DNA from: Candidatus Latescibacterota bacterium
GTDB lineage: Bacteria > Latescibacterota > UBA2968 > SICM01
Assembly: GCA_965217865.1 (NCBI GenBank)
Contig: CBDCJO010000002.1
Coordinates: forward strand, 1,888,001 to 1,952,000
Direction: 5' to 3'
Length of the DNA stretch: 64,000 nucleotides
In this document: one piece after another, positions 48,051-58,237 of the stretch
Position numbering within the stretch: the first letter of the stretch is position 1
How the letters are laid out: each line of letters starts with the position of its first letter
The notes under the pieces: generated by a model
Database searches by the model: none
What the model saw: the letters and a program-made list of their open reading frames with translations, nothing else
Told to the model about the DNA's origin: nothing
Position numbers and translations under genes: made by a program

Positions 48051-48189
48051 GTCTAAGGGACTATTTCCATTTTCCATTTCCATGGCCCCGGGGAAAAAAA
48101 TGGGGCGTCTTGGAGGTAAAAGGTCATCCCCCCAAAATGCCCCACTATCCGAACACTCCGCCGGTTTTATACCTTTCCCCTGAACCCCT

Positions 48190-48828
48190 CTACCGGATCA
48201 GCTTGGCCAGGCGGTCCCATTGGACCTTTCTGGTAAAGTCCCATAAGGGGGCGGTGGAGTTCCAAGAGAAGTAGATGATCATCGCCTCACCGAGCACGGC
48301 TTCCTGTGAAACCGGACCAAAATAGCGGCTGTCGAAGCTGTTGTCCCGGTTATCCCCCATCACGAACATGTGACCGGGCGGCACCTTGATCGGAGCGTAA
48401 TTATCCCGGGGACCGTTTCCATAAACCGCGCGATCGACAAATTTCCCTTCAGAGGGAAGCGGGGCGTGTTTGCCGTCGATGTAGAGGGATTTGTTCCGGA
48501 TCTCAACCGTTTGACCGCCGACGGCGACGCAACGTTTAATCAGGGTTTTACTCTCTTCTACGGGAGATCGAAAGATTACGATATCACCCGGTTCGGGATC
48601 CTTGATTGCGGGAAGTCGATATTTAATCAGAGGGATTCGTGCCCCGTATATAAATTTATTCGCGAGAAGAAAGTCTCCGATCAGAAGGGTATTTTCCATC
48701 GAACCTGATGGAATACGATACGCCTCCACGACCGAGGTTCGAATGAAAACAAAACAAACCAGAGCGATCAGAATAGAAGAGACGTATTCCTTGATTTTCG
48801 AATTCCAGTTTGAGGCCCGCCTGGACAT
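48190..48828 (-). CDS. lepB: Signal peptidase I
   Basis: 'IPSGSMENTL', 'IKRCVA', 'GDNRDNSFDSR'. Confidence 0.95.
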   Translation of the reverse strand: MSRRASNWNSKIKEYVSSILIALVCFVFIRTSVVEAYRIPSGSMENTLLIGDFLLANKFIYGARIPLIKYRLPAIKDPEPGDIVIFRSPVEESKTLIKRCVAVGGQTVEIRNKSLYIDGKHAPLPSEGKFVDRAVYGNGPRDNYAPIKVPPGHMFVMGDNRDNSFDSRYFGPVSQEAVLGEAMIIYFSWNSTAPLWDFTRKVQWDRLAKLIR

Positions 48829-48903
48829 GACGATTCTCCCGGGTGTGGATTGGAAAAATAACTTGACTTAAGTTTATTCATGATTAATATTTGATCGTAC
48901 GTC

Positions 48904-48978
<75 letters not shown>

Positions 48979-48991
48979 ATTTCACCCGTCG

Positions 48992-49312
48992 CTAGGAACG
49001 ACCCACCGGATGACCGCCTGGTGGGTCTTGGCTTTTGCCTGAAGCGCCTTCATCCTCCGGATTCCCTACCGACAAACCCTGCTCCCCCTCGGGCTCAAAT
49101 CGAACGACCCCGTCCGTTCCAGGGTTGAGTATGTCCACGATCCACCCCTCGACCTCTTTATCCTTCACCCGAATCGTCTTGGATGTTTTTTCGACAATCT
49201 TCGCTTCTTTGGAAACGCGAATCATACTCTCTGAATCGTTGATGCAGAAGATCCTTTGAATATAACCTTCATCCATGCTGCCCATTTTGGTGACACTGCT
49301 TTTCTCTTCCAT
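48992..49312 (-). CDS. Hypothetical protein
   Basis: About 106-aa ORF preceded by GGAG. Confidence 0.55.
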   Translation of the reverse strand: MEEKSSVTKMGSMDEGYIQRIFCINDSESMIRVSKEAKIVEKTSKTIRVKDKEVEGWIVDILNPGTDGVVRFEPEGEQGLSVGNPEDEGASGKSQDPPGGHPVGRS

Positions 49313-49383
49313 AGCCTGCTCCATTCAAAGAGACGAACGAATTGTCATAACCCTTCACGAGAAACGGTCGCCCTCCGGTCATC

Positions 49384-49992
49384 TCACGTTGAATCCGGTA
49401 AGCGATAAAGTCCTTGATTGTTGATGTAATTTTCGACCTCAAACGGCACATGATAGCGAATCGATCTTCCCTCGCGGACCCGGGCTCGGATGTCGGTCGA
49501 GGAGATCTCGATTTCAGGACTCTCAACCATCTGCAGGTGCGTGGTCACAGCCCCGTCCACACCAGAAAGGTCTGATCCGGGGCGTCGGACAACAAGCACA
49601 TTGGCCAATTCCAGAACACCATCGGGACAATGCCAAGTCGGGATCTCAAGGGCATTGTCTGCACCGATAATCAAAAATAGTTCAACATCCTCCCCCATCT
49701 CACGCCGCAACTCTCGTAATGTATCGACGGTGTAGGACGGCCCGTCCCGACGTAGTTCGTGCGATGAGAGCTCGAACTGAGTATGGTTGAGAATGGCCAA
49801 AAGGACCATTTCTACACGGTCCTTTGCGGGCGCCATCTCCGGATATCGTTTATGCGGGGGATCTGACGCCGGGATAAACAACACTTTCCCAAGATGACAA
49901 GCCTCACGTACCGTCTCTGCCGCGATCAAGTGGCCGTTATGGATCGGATCGAATACCCCCCCCAGAAGACCTACCCTTTGTGCTGGATTCAG
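49384..49992 (-). CDS. nadD: Nicotinate-nucleotide adenylyltransferase (probable CTG start)
   Basis: 'RVGLLGGVFDPIHNGHL' lies in frame upstream of the TTG at 49929; 'SYTVDTL', 'GAD', 'ISSTDIR'. Confidence 0.92.
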   Translation of the reverse strand: MNPAQRVGLLGGVFDPIHNGHLIAAETVREACHLGKVLFIPASDPPHKRYPEMAPAKDRVEMVLLAILNHTQFELSSHELRRDGPSYTVDTLRELRREMGEDVELFLIIGADNALEIPTWHCPDGVLELANVLVVRRPGSDLSGVDGAVTTHLQMVESPEIEISSTDIRARVREGRSIRYHVPFEVENYINNQGLYRLPDST

Positions 49993-50782
49993 TTCCCATA
50001 CCTTTCTGTGACGTAGAGTTCTTTTTTCGGAGTTCTTTCAGCTCCTCTTGAGCTCGTTTCTCGACCGAGGGTTGAACCCCATCGGAGAGGAGTTGTCGAA
50101 GATCGATCAGGGCCTGTTCGACCTCCCCTTTTCTGGCCTTAACCATGGCCAGACCCAATTTTGCATTTCCAGCCCAAGGGGTGTCGTTGTGAAATTCCAA
50201 AACGCGTTGATAGTAAACCTGAGCCGCTCTGGGATATCCCCACTTCATGTAGTTGTCCGCGATTTCGATGACCTTTGCAGCGAGCTTGCTATTAAGTTCA
50301 CTCAACATCTCTTCTGCATCGGCTGTCAATTCGAGATCCGGGTAATCCTCGATAAAACGCCTAAACTCTGAGATGGCCTTCTGAGTGTCTGACTGATCAA
50401 GGTGGACATTGTTGGACAGATTTGCATAACTTTTCGCGACCTTATACTGTGCAGTGGGGACCAGGGAGCTGTTGGGATATTCGTTCATTAATCGGTGATA
50501 CTCAAAGATGGCCTCTGTGTAATCCTTGGAACAGAACCTGGCCTCACCTAATCCGAACTGTGCATCGTCCACCAGGTGGGAGCCGGGAAAATTGACCACC
50601 ACCTTTCGATAGTGTTCAGCAGCTTTCAGACAGTGTCTCTTTGAAAGCTCCAGATCGGCCTTCTCCAAATAATACCGGGCATCCCGACGGGCGGTGGCCT
50701 CTTTTTTTCCGCCGCATCCCACAAGGTGCATCGATGCCGTCAGAGCAACGAGCATGAAACAGGTATAGGCTACTTTTGACAC
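49937..50782 (-). CDS. bamD: Outer membrane protein assembly factor BamD
   Basis: Lipobox 'LVGC', TPR repeats, 'DQSDTQKAI..F..FI..YP'. Confidence 0.85.
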   Translation of the reverse strand: MSKVAYTCFMLVALTASMHLVGCGGKKEATARRDARYYLEKADLELSKRHCLKAAEHYRKVVVNFPGSHLVDDAQFGLGEARFCSKDYTEAIFEYHRLMNEYPNSSLVPTAQYKVAKSYANLSNNVHLDQSDTQKAISEFRRFIEDYPDLELTADAEEMLSELNSKLAAKVIEIADNYMKWGYPRAAQVYYQRVLEFHNDTPWAGNAKLGLAMVKARKGEVEQALIDLRQLLSDGVQPSVEKRAQEELKELRKKNSTSQKGMGTESSTKGRSSGGGIRSDP

Positions 50783-50789
50783 CGCAACA

Positions 50790-51596
50790 CTACCTTTTGT
50801 TTTTCCACAGATTCTTCAGCAAGGCCTTTGCTCGACCCACATACTCACTTTCGGGATAATCGACTGTCAAACGCTTCAGTTCGACGACCGCCTTTTCGCG
50901 TTCCCCCAATTTTAGATAGCAAATGCCGATCTTCAACTGCGCATCATCGTTTTTCTCCGTATCCGGAAAGGAGAAAACCTTCTGGAATTCCGTGACGGCC
51001 CGGATATAGTCCTCAAGCCAATAATAGCATTCCCCGATCCAATATTGAGCGTTGTCGGCCAGGTTGTGCTTCGGAGCGGACTGAAGCACGTCCGAGAAAC
51101 CCTTCATGCCCTTTCGGAATCGCCGAGCCATAAAATCCTGGTGAGCGGCCTTGTAACGCGCCTTTAAAACTTGGGATTTGGAATTCTTAGGAGGGGATTT
51201 TTTTCCCTTCCCCCTCGGAAGCACCCGGGGAGGGGGTTTCGGATCTTCGGGCAGCACCTTTACCAGATCCTCCAGGGCCTTGATCCGGTCTTCAAGGTGG
51301 GAAACCTGATCCGATAGTTCCTGATTCTCCTCCTCCAATCGCGTTACTTTTCCAGATTGAATGACATAAGAGTGCTTCAGGCTATCCGTATTCACAGAAA
51401 CCGGGGCCAACTCTTCTTCTATGCCGGACGTGTCGGCCGGAATAGTCCGCTCCACCGGGGCGGGAGAGCCCGATGAAGCGGATGGTGGCGCCTTTTCCCT
51501 CTCATAGCGGGTAACCGCACATCCAACCCACACGACCGTCAGGGAGAGGGTCAGGGTCCTTATAACCGCCTGGTTGGACCAAAAGATACCGCTCAC
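50790..51596 (-). CDS. cpoB: CpoB/YbgF-like TPR lipoprotein
   Basis: Lipobox, coiled coil, 'ADNAQYWIGECY', 'DAQLKIG', 'YPES'. Confidence 0.8.
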   Translation of the reverse strand: MSGIFWSNQAVIRTLTLSLTVVWVGCAVTRYEREKAPPSASSGSPAPVERTIPADTSGIEEELAPVSVNTDSLKHSYVIQSGKVTRLEEENQELSDQVSHLEDRIKALEDLVKVLPEDPKPPPRVLPRGKGKKSPPKNSKSQVLKARYKAAHQDFMARRFRKGMKGFSDVLQSAPKHNLADNAQYWIGECYYWLEDYIRAVTEFQKVFSFPDTEKNDDAQLKIGICYLKLGEREKAVVELKRLTVDYPESEYVGRAKALLKNLWKNKR

Positions 51597-51723
51597 GAAA
51601 CCTCCGAATAAATATCTGCTTACAGTCTGCCCCTGTACGAAAAAACATAAGGAAATGGGAGATGCAAGTCAAGACCAAACAGAGGGTAACGTGCTGATGC
51701 GACAGCTCCGTCCATAACTTCCC

Positions 51724-51753
51724 TTGACGAATAGGCGATCTCAATCGTATAAT
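51724..51753 (+). promoter_or_regulatory. Sigma70 promoter
   Basis: TTGACG-18 bp-TATAAT. Confidence 0.65.
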
Positions 51754-51791
51754 TTGTGATTCAAATTAATTCCCTGTAACCTTCGAAATTT

Positions 51792-52571
51792 GTGAGGGGA
51801 ACTCTTCCGTGCCGGGTTTATCAGATGCAGTTTATCCGTGATCTGGTCATCAAAGGCTACTCCCACCCGTGTGTGCTTAATCGCTATACGGAGGTTGGAC
51901 TCTGGCCCTCTGAAGAGAGGCTGTTCCGGGAATACTTCGAGCCGGGTTGTCGGGTCCTTGATGTCGGATGCGGGACTGGACGCACCACCATCCCCCTCGC
52001 GGAAATGGAATACGATACGATCGGGATCGACCTATCTCCGGCGATGATCCGGATTGCGAAAACACTTTCGGCCGGCTTGAACCTCCCTTTTAAGGTCATG
52101 GACGCAGCAGACCTCAAATTTGAGGATAACGCGTTCGATGCGGCGCTCTTTTCCTACAACGGGATCGAACTCCTCCCTGGCCGGGATGGCAAAAAGCAGG
52201 TGATCCGGGAGTTGCATCGGGTGCTAAAACCGGATGGGGTCTTCATCTTCACCACACACTCCATCTTCGCCCTCAATCGGTTCGCACCGTTTCGAGCCCG
52301 TCTGTTTCTCCGGTTTAACCTTTCAAAACTCCTGGGGTTTCAAATTCCGGAAAAAGAGATCGGAGAGGTGTTTTATACAGGTGATAATCTCGAAGTTTAC
52401 TATATGCAGGTTCTCTCTCCCGCTTTTTATAAACGGTCCCTTCGAGAGGCGGGTTTTGACCTCATATACTACAACAGCCGGCGCCGGATCGAGGCGGACA
52501 AAGGGCCTTGGCCGTTCACAGCGTTCGAAGACAAGGAGCGATTCTACGTCGCACGAAAGGGTGTTCGATGA
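51792..52571 (+). CDS. Class I SAM-dependent methyltransferase
   Basis: 'VLDVGCGTGR', 'GIDLS', 'RVLKPDG'; start may be the ATG near 51825. Confidence 0.9.
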   Translation: MRGTLPCRVYQMQFIRDLVIKGYSHPCVLNRYTEVGLWPSEERLFREYFEPGCRVLDVGCGTGRTTIPLAEMEYDTIGIDLSPAMIRIAKTLSAGLNLPFKVMDAADLKFEDNAFDAALFSYNGIELLPGRDGKKQVIRELHRVLKPDGVFIFTTHSIFALNRFAPFRARLFLRFNLSKLLGFQIPEKEIGEVFYTGDNLEVYYMQVLSPAFYKRSLREAGFDLIYYNSRRRIEADKGPWPFTAFEDKERFYVARKGVR

Positions 52572-53752
52572 GAGGGCCGTTACAGGGAATTAGAGTGCTC
52601 GACCTCAGCAGGGTCCTCGCAGGCCCGTTTGCATCGATGATCCTAGCGGACCTCGGGGCTGAGGTGATAAAAATTGAAATGCCCGGAGTGGGGGATGAAT
52701 CGAGAGGGTTTGGACCGTTTGTCCAGGGGGACAGCGCCTACTTCATAAGCATCAACAGGGGGAAGAAAAGCCTCACGGTGGACCTTTCCCATCCCAAAGG
52801 GGCTGCGGTTGTTCGACGTCTTGCGCGACGGTGCGATGTTCTGATCGAAAATTTTCGGCCGGGAACGATGGACCGGTTCGGCCTGGGTTCGGAAACATTG
52901 AAGGAGGACAACCCAGGCCTCGTCTACGCATCATTGTCCGGTTTCGGGCAGACCGGACCTTATTCACAACGACCGGCATATGACGTCATCATCCAGGGAA
53001 TGAGCGGCATCGCGAGCATCACGGGAAATCCAGGGGAACCCCCCATTAGAGTGGGGAACTCCATCGCCGATCTGTCCGCCTCACTTTTCTCGGTTATCGG
53101 GATCACAACCGCCCTGTACGATCGTGGAAAAAGAGGGGGAGGACGCACGATCGATGTGGCCATGCTCGACTGCCAGGTAGCCCTTCTGGAGAACGCTGTC
53201 GCCCGCTACGTCGTTGACGGAAAAGTACCCGGCCCCCTCGGATCACGACATCCAAGTATCACCCCATTCCAGTTCTTCGAGGCATCGGATGGATATCTCG
53301 TGGTCGGGGCAGGCAACCAGAACCTCTGGGGAAAGCTTTGTCACGCCTTAGATCTGGATGATCTGACCGACGATCCCCGATTTGAGGACAACGCGAAACG
53401 AACGGAGAACTGCGACGGCCTCGCACCGATCCTGACCGCCAGGTTCCGAACCCGATCCGTTTCCGACTGGCTCCAGACTCTGGAGAAAGCGGGGGTCCCG
53501 TGCGGACCGATCAACCGGGTCGATCAGGTGGTGAACGACCGACACGTAAAAGCCCGTGACATGATCGTAGAGACAGGCCATTCGGGTTCGGAAAAAATCA
53601 AAGTGCCCGGTTCCCCTCTAAAATTCAATGGGGCGAAAGATTCCCCGCGACCACCCCCTCGACTCGGTGAGCATACAGCGGAAATCCTCCGGGACCTGAT
53701 CGGTTTATCGGATAAAGAGATCGATGAACTTCGAGCGGAGAAAGTAATTTGA
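52568..53752 (+). CDS. CaiB/BaiF family (class III) CoA transferase
   Basis: 'VLDLSRVLAGP', 'LADLGAEVIKIE', 'NRGKKS', 'ENFRPG'. Confidence 0.95.
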   Translation: MRGPLQGIRVLDLSRVLAGPFASMILADLGAEVIKIEMPGVGDESRGFGPFVQGDSAYFISINRGKKSLTVDLSHPKGAAVVRRLARRCDVLIENFRPGTMDRFGLGSETLKEDNPGLVYASLSGFGQTGPYSQRPAYDVIIQGMSGIASITGNPGEPPIRVGNSIADLSASLFSVIGITTALYDRGKRGGGRTIDVAMLDCQVALLENAVARYVVDGKVPGPLGSRHPSITPFQFFEASDGYLVVGAGNQNLWGKLCHALDLDDLTDDPRFEDNAKRTENCDGLAPILTARFRTRSVSDWLQTLEKAGVPCGPINRVDQVVNDRHVKARDMIVETGHSGSEKIKVPGSPLKFNGAKDSPRPPPRLGEHTAEILRDLIGLSDKEIDELRAEKVI

Positions 53753-53780
53753 AAGCACGGAATAAAAACTTTGGATCTCA

Positions 53781-54075
53781 GTGGAATATAGTGGAACCTG
53801 TCTTCTCGATTGACACCCGGACTTCGAGCTAAATCGAAAAGCCGAGACTAAAGTCATGGCTTCTTTCAGCGCCAACGGCGCGTTGTCCCTCAACCCAGGG
53901 CATCGCCCTGGGCCGGAAAAATACTATAGCGTCGTGCGGCCTGAAGGACCGCGATAATTTCACATCGCCATGACCTAATCCCTGTCGCGCATCCTGATTC
54001 ATTTGAGACGGTATCGAGTGGCCTACGTATGAACGGTATGTGTGGGATTGATCCGGATCGCGGACCGTTGGACCG
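53781..54075 (+). mobile_element. Non-autonomous IS200/RAYT-like element (internally deleted tnpA with REP-type flanks), copy 1
   Basis: About 290 bp similar to 60108-60400; contains MT*SLSRILIHL joined to a shifted ...ERYVWD*. Confidence 0.75.
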
Positions 54076-54203
54076 CTGATGTGTCGCCTCACAGAACATC
54101 GCTTTCCGCCGAAAACTAGGAAGATCCAAAACTTTCGATCTTGATCGCTTCTGAATTCCGACTCCTGTATTCTGTATTCCTGTGGGATGGGAGGTGATGC
54201 ACA

Positions 54204-55034
54204 ATGCCCTTCGGACATCGTACCCTGAGCATCGCACACCGTGGGGCGTCCGGGATGGCCCCTGAGAACACCCTCGCCGCGATCGACCGGGCAATCAAGC
54301 TCGGCGTCGACCTGGTCGAGATAGATCTCCGCGTCACCGGGGACGGACGATTGGTGGTCATACACGATTCGACTGTGGACCGGACGACGAACGGCCACGG
54401 GGCTGTCAAGGATATCACGCTCGAGGAAATCCGAAAGCTGAAAGCAGGCGCGTGGTTCGATCCTCCTTTTTCCCGCGAGCGGGTTCCCATACTCGAAGAG
54501 GTGCTGGACCTTACCCGAAAAAACGCCCTTCTCCTTGTCGAGATCAAGGCCAAAGCCATATCCGGCCTTTTGGTCGAGGCCATAAAAGAACTCAAGGCGA
54601 GTGAAGAAGTGGTCGTGCAGTCTTTCCACCCGGATTCGATCCAGCAAGTCCGAGAACTCGAACCCCGAATCCCGGCTGCCCTCCTGGTAGGTCGATTTCC
54701 TGTGGGTCACACCCGTTGGCGGGGACGCACCCTGGTAAAAAATTCCCTTGCCGTAGGGGCCAACGCCCTCGCGATTTCCCATCACGCGGTGACGCCCTCC
54801 CTCGTCGAGGAGGTCCATCTGAGGGGATTGGCCCTGTGGACCTGGACCGTTGACGAAGAGATGGCCATGCAGAAGATGATCCAGACCGGCGCCGACGGCA
54901 TTATCACGAATCATCCCGATCGACTGCATCGGCTCCTCACCGGGGAAGTCGTTGTTCCCCCAAAGCGCCTTTTTCGACGGCGGGATACAAAAAATAAAAT
55001 AAGCATATGGCGAAAACGACGATTGGCCAAATAG
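54204..55034 (+). CDS. Glycerophosphodiester phosphodiesterase
   Basis: 'IAHRGASG.APENT', 'EID', 'HD..VDRTTNG', 'WTVD', 'GIITN'. Confidence 0.95.
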   Translation: MPFGHRTLSIAHRGASGMAPENTLAAIDRAIKLGVDLVEIDLRVTGDGRLVVIHDSTVDRTTNGHGAVKDITLEEIRKLKAGAWFDPPFSRERVPILEEVLDLTRKNALLLVEIKAKAISGLLVEAIKELKASEEVVVQSFHPDSIQQVRELEPRIPAALLVGRFPVGHTRWRGRTLVKNSLAVGANALAISHHAVTPSLVEEVHLRGLALWTWTVDEEMAMQKMIQTGADGIITNHPDRLHRLLTGEVVVPPKRLFRRRDTKNKISIWRKRRLAK

Positions 55035-55295
55035 AGCCTTTTCTTAACCAAGTCTCCATAGAAAAAAACTTCGTTCAACCCCAAAGTTATCCCATCTCCT
55101 TGCCGATATAATAGTTAGACCAATCGGTACCACTTACCCTGGGCCCTTCCTGATCTATCGATCTGGAGGGGCTTAATTATTTGTAGTAACATATACATAC
55201 GCAAGAAAAAACCCGGATTTTCTTCAGTCCGGGTTATGTTCATTAACTTTAATAATCATAAATATTTATATCGATTCGTCCCTCGAAGGAAGAGA

Positions 55296-56585
55296 TTACG
55301 AAAAAACCGCCTTCATTGAATCGTGATGGGCTTCTATTGTCTTCGATAGGTCCTCCTCGGAATGAGCAAGTGACACGAAACCGGCCTCAAACTGAGACGG
55401 GGCTATGTAGATCCCCCTTTTGAGCATCTCTCTGAAGTACCGGGAAAAGATCTCGGTATTGGCCGAACTAGCCGATGTGTAATCCACAACAGGCCCCGAA
55501 GTACAAAACATCGTGGCCATGGATCCCACTCGATTAAAACAGACGCTGGCCCCGATCTTTCGGGCGTTCTCTTGCATTCCCGCGGATAGGAACCGGGCTT
55601 TCTTCTCCAGGGCCTCATACACCCCTGGCCTCTTGAGATGTTGCAGCACCGTGTGGCCAGCCCTCATCGCCAGCGGATTTCCCGAGAGCGTCCCGGCCTG
55701 GGAAACGCGTTTCCCGAGGGGCGAGATATGGTTCATGATCGCTCTTTTGCCGCCGAACGCCCCAACAGGCAAACCGCCTCCGATGATCTTACCCAGCGTC
55801 GTAAGATCCGGCACCACCCCGTAGCGTTCCTGCGCACCCCCCGGAGCAAGACGAAATCCGGTAATCACCTCATCGAAGATGAGCACGATGCCCGTCGCCT
55901 CAGTAATCTCGCGCAGCCCCGCCAAAAAACCCTCCTTCGGCGGAACGACCCCCATATTTCCCGCAACCGGTTCCACGATAATCGCCGCGATCTGCCCCTT
56001 GTTCTTCGAAACGATCTCCTCGACGGCCTCGATGTCGTTATAGGGCGCATTGAGCGTCGTCTGAGCGATGCCCTGGGGCACACCCGGACTGTCAGGTACG
56101 CCCAGGGTCAGCGCTGAGGACCCCGCTCGGACCAGGAAACTGTCCGCGTGCCCGTGCCAGCAGCCCTCAAACTTGATAACCTTGGGACGGTCCGTGTATC
56201 CCCGGGCTAGGCGGACGGCCGACATGGTCGCCTCTGTTCCGGAGTTGACCATCCGTACCATCTCGACCGAGGGCACCATCTCGACCACCAGGCGCGCCAT
56301 CTGAACTTCGATCTCCGTGGGAGCTCCAAAGCTTGTTCCGGAATCACACGCGTCCTGGAGGGCTGAAATTACATCCGGATGGGCGTGGCCCAGGATCAAG
56401 GGACCCCAGGACCCGACATAATCGATATATTCGTTACCGTCTTCGTCGATGATCCGGGAGCCCTCTCCCCGCGCGATAAACAGAGGATCCCCCCCGACCG
56501 GCCCAAACGCACGGGCGGGACTGTTTACTCCGCCCGGGATGATTTTCTGCGCCTCTGCGAACAGTTTTTGAGAACGTTCCGTCAC
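55296..56585 (-). CDS. hemL: Glutamate-1-semialdehyde 2,1-aminomutase
   Basis: 'PGGVNSP.RA', 'SGTEATM', 'FDEVITGFR', 'GKIIGGG', 'PSQFEAGF'. Confidence 0.97.
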   Translation of the reverse strand: MTERSQKLFAEAQKIIPGGVNSPARAFGPVGGDPLFIARGEGSRIIDEDGNEYIDYVGSWGPLILGHAHPDVISALQDACDSGTSFGAPTEIEVQMARLVVEMVPSVEMVRMVNSGTEATMSAVRLARGYTDRPKVIKFEGCWHGHADSFLVRAGSSALTLGVPDSPGVPQGIAQTTLNAPYNDIEAVEEIVSKNKGQIAAIIVEPVAGNMGVVPPKEGFLAGLREITEATGIVLIFDEVITGFRLAPGGAQERYGVVPDLTTLGKIIGGGLPVGAFGGKRAIMNHISPLGKRVSQAGTLSGNPLAMRAGHTVLQHLKRPGVYEALEKKARFLSAGMQENARKIGASVCFNRVGSMATMFCTSGPVVDYTSASSANTEIFSRYFREMLKRGIYIAPSQFEAGFVSLAHSEEDLSKTIEAHHDSMKAVFS

Positions 56586-56649
56586 ATCCGGCTCCTGTAA
56601 AGGCCGTCGCTCGTGATTCGTCGTTTGCGATTCGGGACCCTCGAACTTC

Positions 56650-56681
56650 ATTGAATATTGAATATCGGAGAATTGAATATT
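56650..56681 (+). repeat. 32-bp heptamer-based dispersed repeat, copy 3, in a composite repeat region (56600-57090)
   Basis: Exact match; adjacent heptamer tracts and REPIN copy 2. Confidence 0.9.
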
Positions 56682-57092
56682 TGAAAAACTCAGGACTTTC
56701 TTGGCTATATGGATCTTCGATATTCAATCTTCAATCGTCGATCTTCAATTTTCCTCTGGCCTTATGCCAAAAGTTGTACGACCGGTCTCCAGACCGGGAA
56801 CTGGCTCTGAAGTGCCCAGATCCCTTCACATGCGATTTTCCCTTGGCTTATGTCCTTATTCCCCGACTGGAGTCTCCCACAAATCTAAGGGATTATTCCA
56901 TTACCTATTAATTCGTCGTCCAACAATGCTCCCTCACCCCACCTCGCAAGCTCATGTCTCCCTTCGGTTCTCGCGATGTCGTTCCTGCCACTGCCACCTG
57001 CCACTGCTTTCCCTGATCTCCAGCCTCTGACCACTGGCCCCTCACTTTTGCATTTTCCACTTTCAATTTTCCATTTTCCATTTCCATGGCCT

Positions 57093-58118
57093 CTATGCTG
57101 TTCTAGACAGCGTGTCTTCATACACGCGGTAACGGGGAGCCTCTCCCCTAAGGATCCGCAGGCATTCATCCACAGCGTATTGCCCCATCCGTCGCAGTTC
57201 CATCCCTGAGGAGCCGGACCTGTGTGGAGATAGCCAGCAGTTTGGCAGGCCATAAAACGGATGATCCGCCTCGGGCGGTTCGGGATGGACCACATCCAGC
57301 ATGGCATAGATCCGGCCCTTCTCGAGCTCAGCGACCAGGTCCGCTTCACACACCAGCCGGCCGCGTGCGGTGTTGATCAACGTCGCACCATCTTTCATAA
57401 CCGACAGGAACTTCGCGTCGACCATGCCCTCGCACTCCGGAATATCGGGTGCGTGAAGGCTCACCACATCGCTGCGTCTCCCGAGATCATTCATGTCTAC
57501 CTTTTCGGCCCCGGCTTCCGCGATGGTTCTTTCATCAACGTGCGGATCGTGGACCAGGACCTCCAAGGCCATGGCGCGAAGACGGAAAGCGACCTCTCGC
57601 CCAATGGCACCGAAACCGATCAGCCCCACGATTGCGCGAAAATTGCCGATATGCGACGGCTCATCGGGATCCCGCCATCCATCCCGTCCTCTCGATCGAA
57701 TGTCGTCAAGGCATTGGAACCATCGTTTGTTTGCGAGGGTAATCAGAGCGACCGTGACCTCGGCAACCGGGATTGCGTTCGCGGGCTTTGCGGTGGAAAT
57801 GACAATATCCCGCTGAAACGCCTCCCGGGTAACAAATCCCTTCACCGAGCCCGCTGCATAACAGACGGCTCTCAACCGGGGGGCCTTTGCCAGAAGTTCG
57901 GAAGTGAGGCGCGGCATCCCCCAGGATCCTGTGAGAATCGTCACATCGCCCAGACAGTCCCCGATCTCCCTTAGTTCCTGTCCCTCCAGGATGCGCACTT
58001 CCGCCTCCCGGCGAAGCCTTTCCAGGGCCTGATGCGTGTAAAAACGACCGGCATCCTGGGTGGTATGCGGGATGCCGATGACATCCGCGGCTTCCCCGGA
58101 ACCTGGCTTGTCCTCCAG
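57093..58118 (-). CDS. D-isomer-specific 2-hydroxyacid dehydrogenase (probable CTG start)
   Basis: 'GLIGFGAIG', 'SLHAP', 'INTARG', 'LDV..PEP', 'SPH'. The frame stays open upstream to CTG at 58118, with GGAGG 8 nt before it. Confidence 0.9.
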   Translation of the reverse strand: MEDKPGSGEAADVIGIPHTTQDAGRFYTHQALERLRREAEVRILEGQELREIGDCLGDVTILTGSWGMPRLTSELLAKAPRLRAVCYAAGSVKGFVTREAFQRDIVISTAKPANAIPVAEVTVALITLANKRWFQCLDDIRSRGRDGWRDPDEPSHIGNFRAIVGLIGFGAIGREVAFRLRAMALEVLVHDPHVDERTIAEAGAEKVDMNDLGRRSDVVSLHAPDIPECEGMVDAKFLSVMKDGATLINTARGRLVCEADLVAELEKGRIYAMLDVVHPEPPEADHPFYGLPNCWLSPHRSGSSGMELRRMGQYAVDECLRILRGEAPRYRVYEDTLSRTA

Positions 58119-58237
58119 CTTACTTCCCTCCTGTAAATTAAATCCTGAAGGGGATCACTTAACAAAGTTCTCGTGGACCGTATCTCGAAAACCATTTAAT
58201 TTTCGCTTCACGCTTCACGAGAACGATTCACTGCTCT

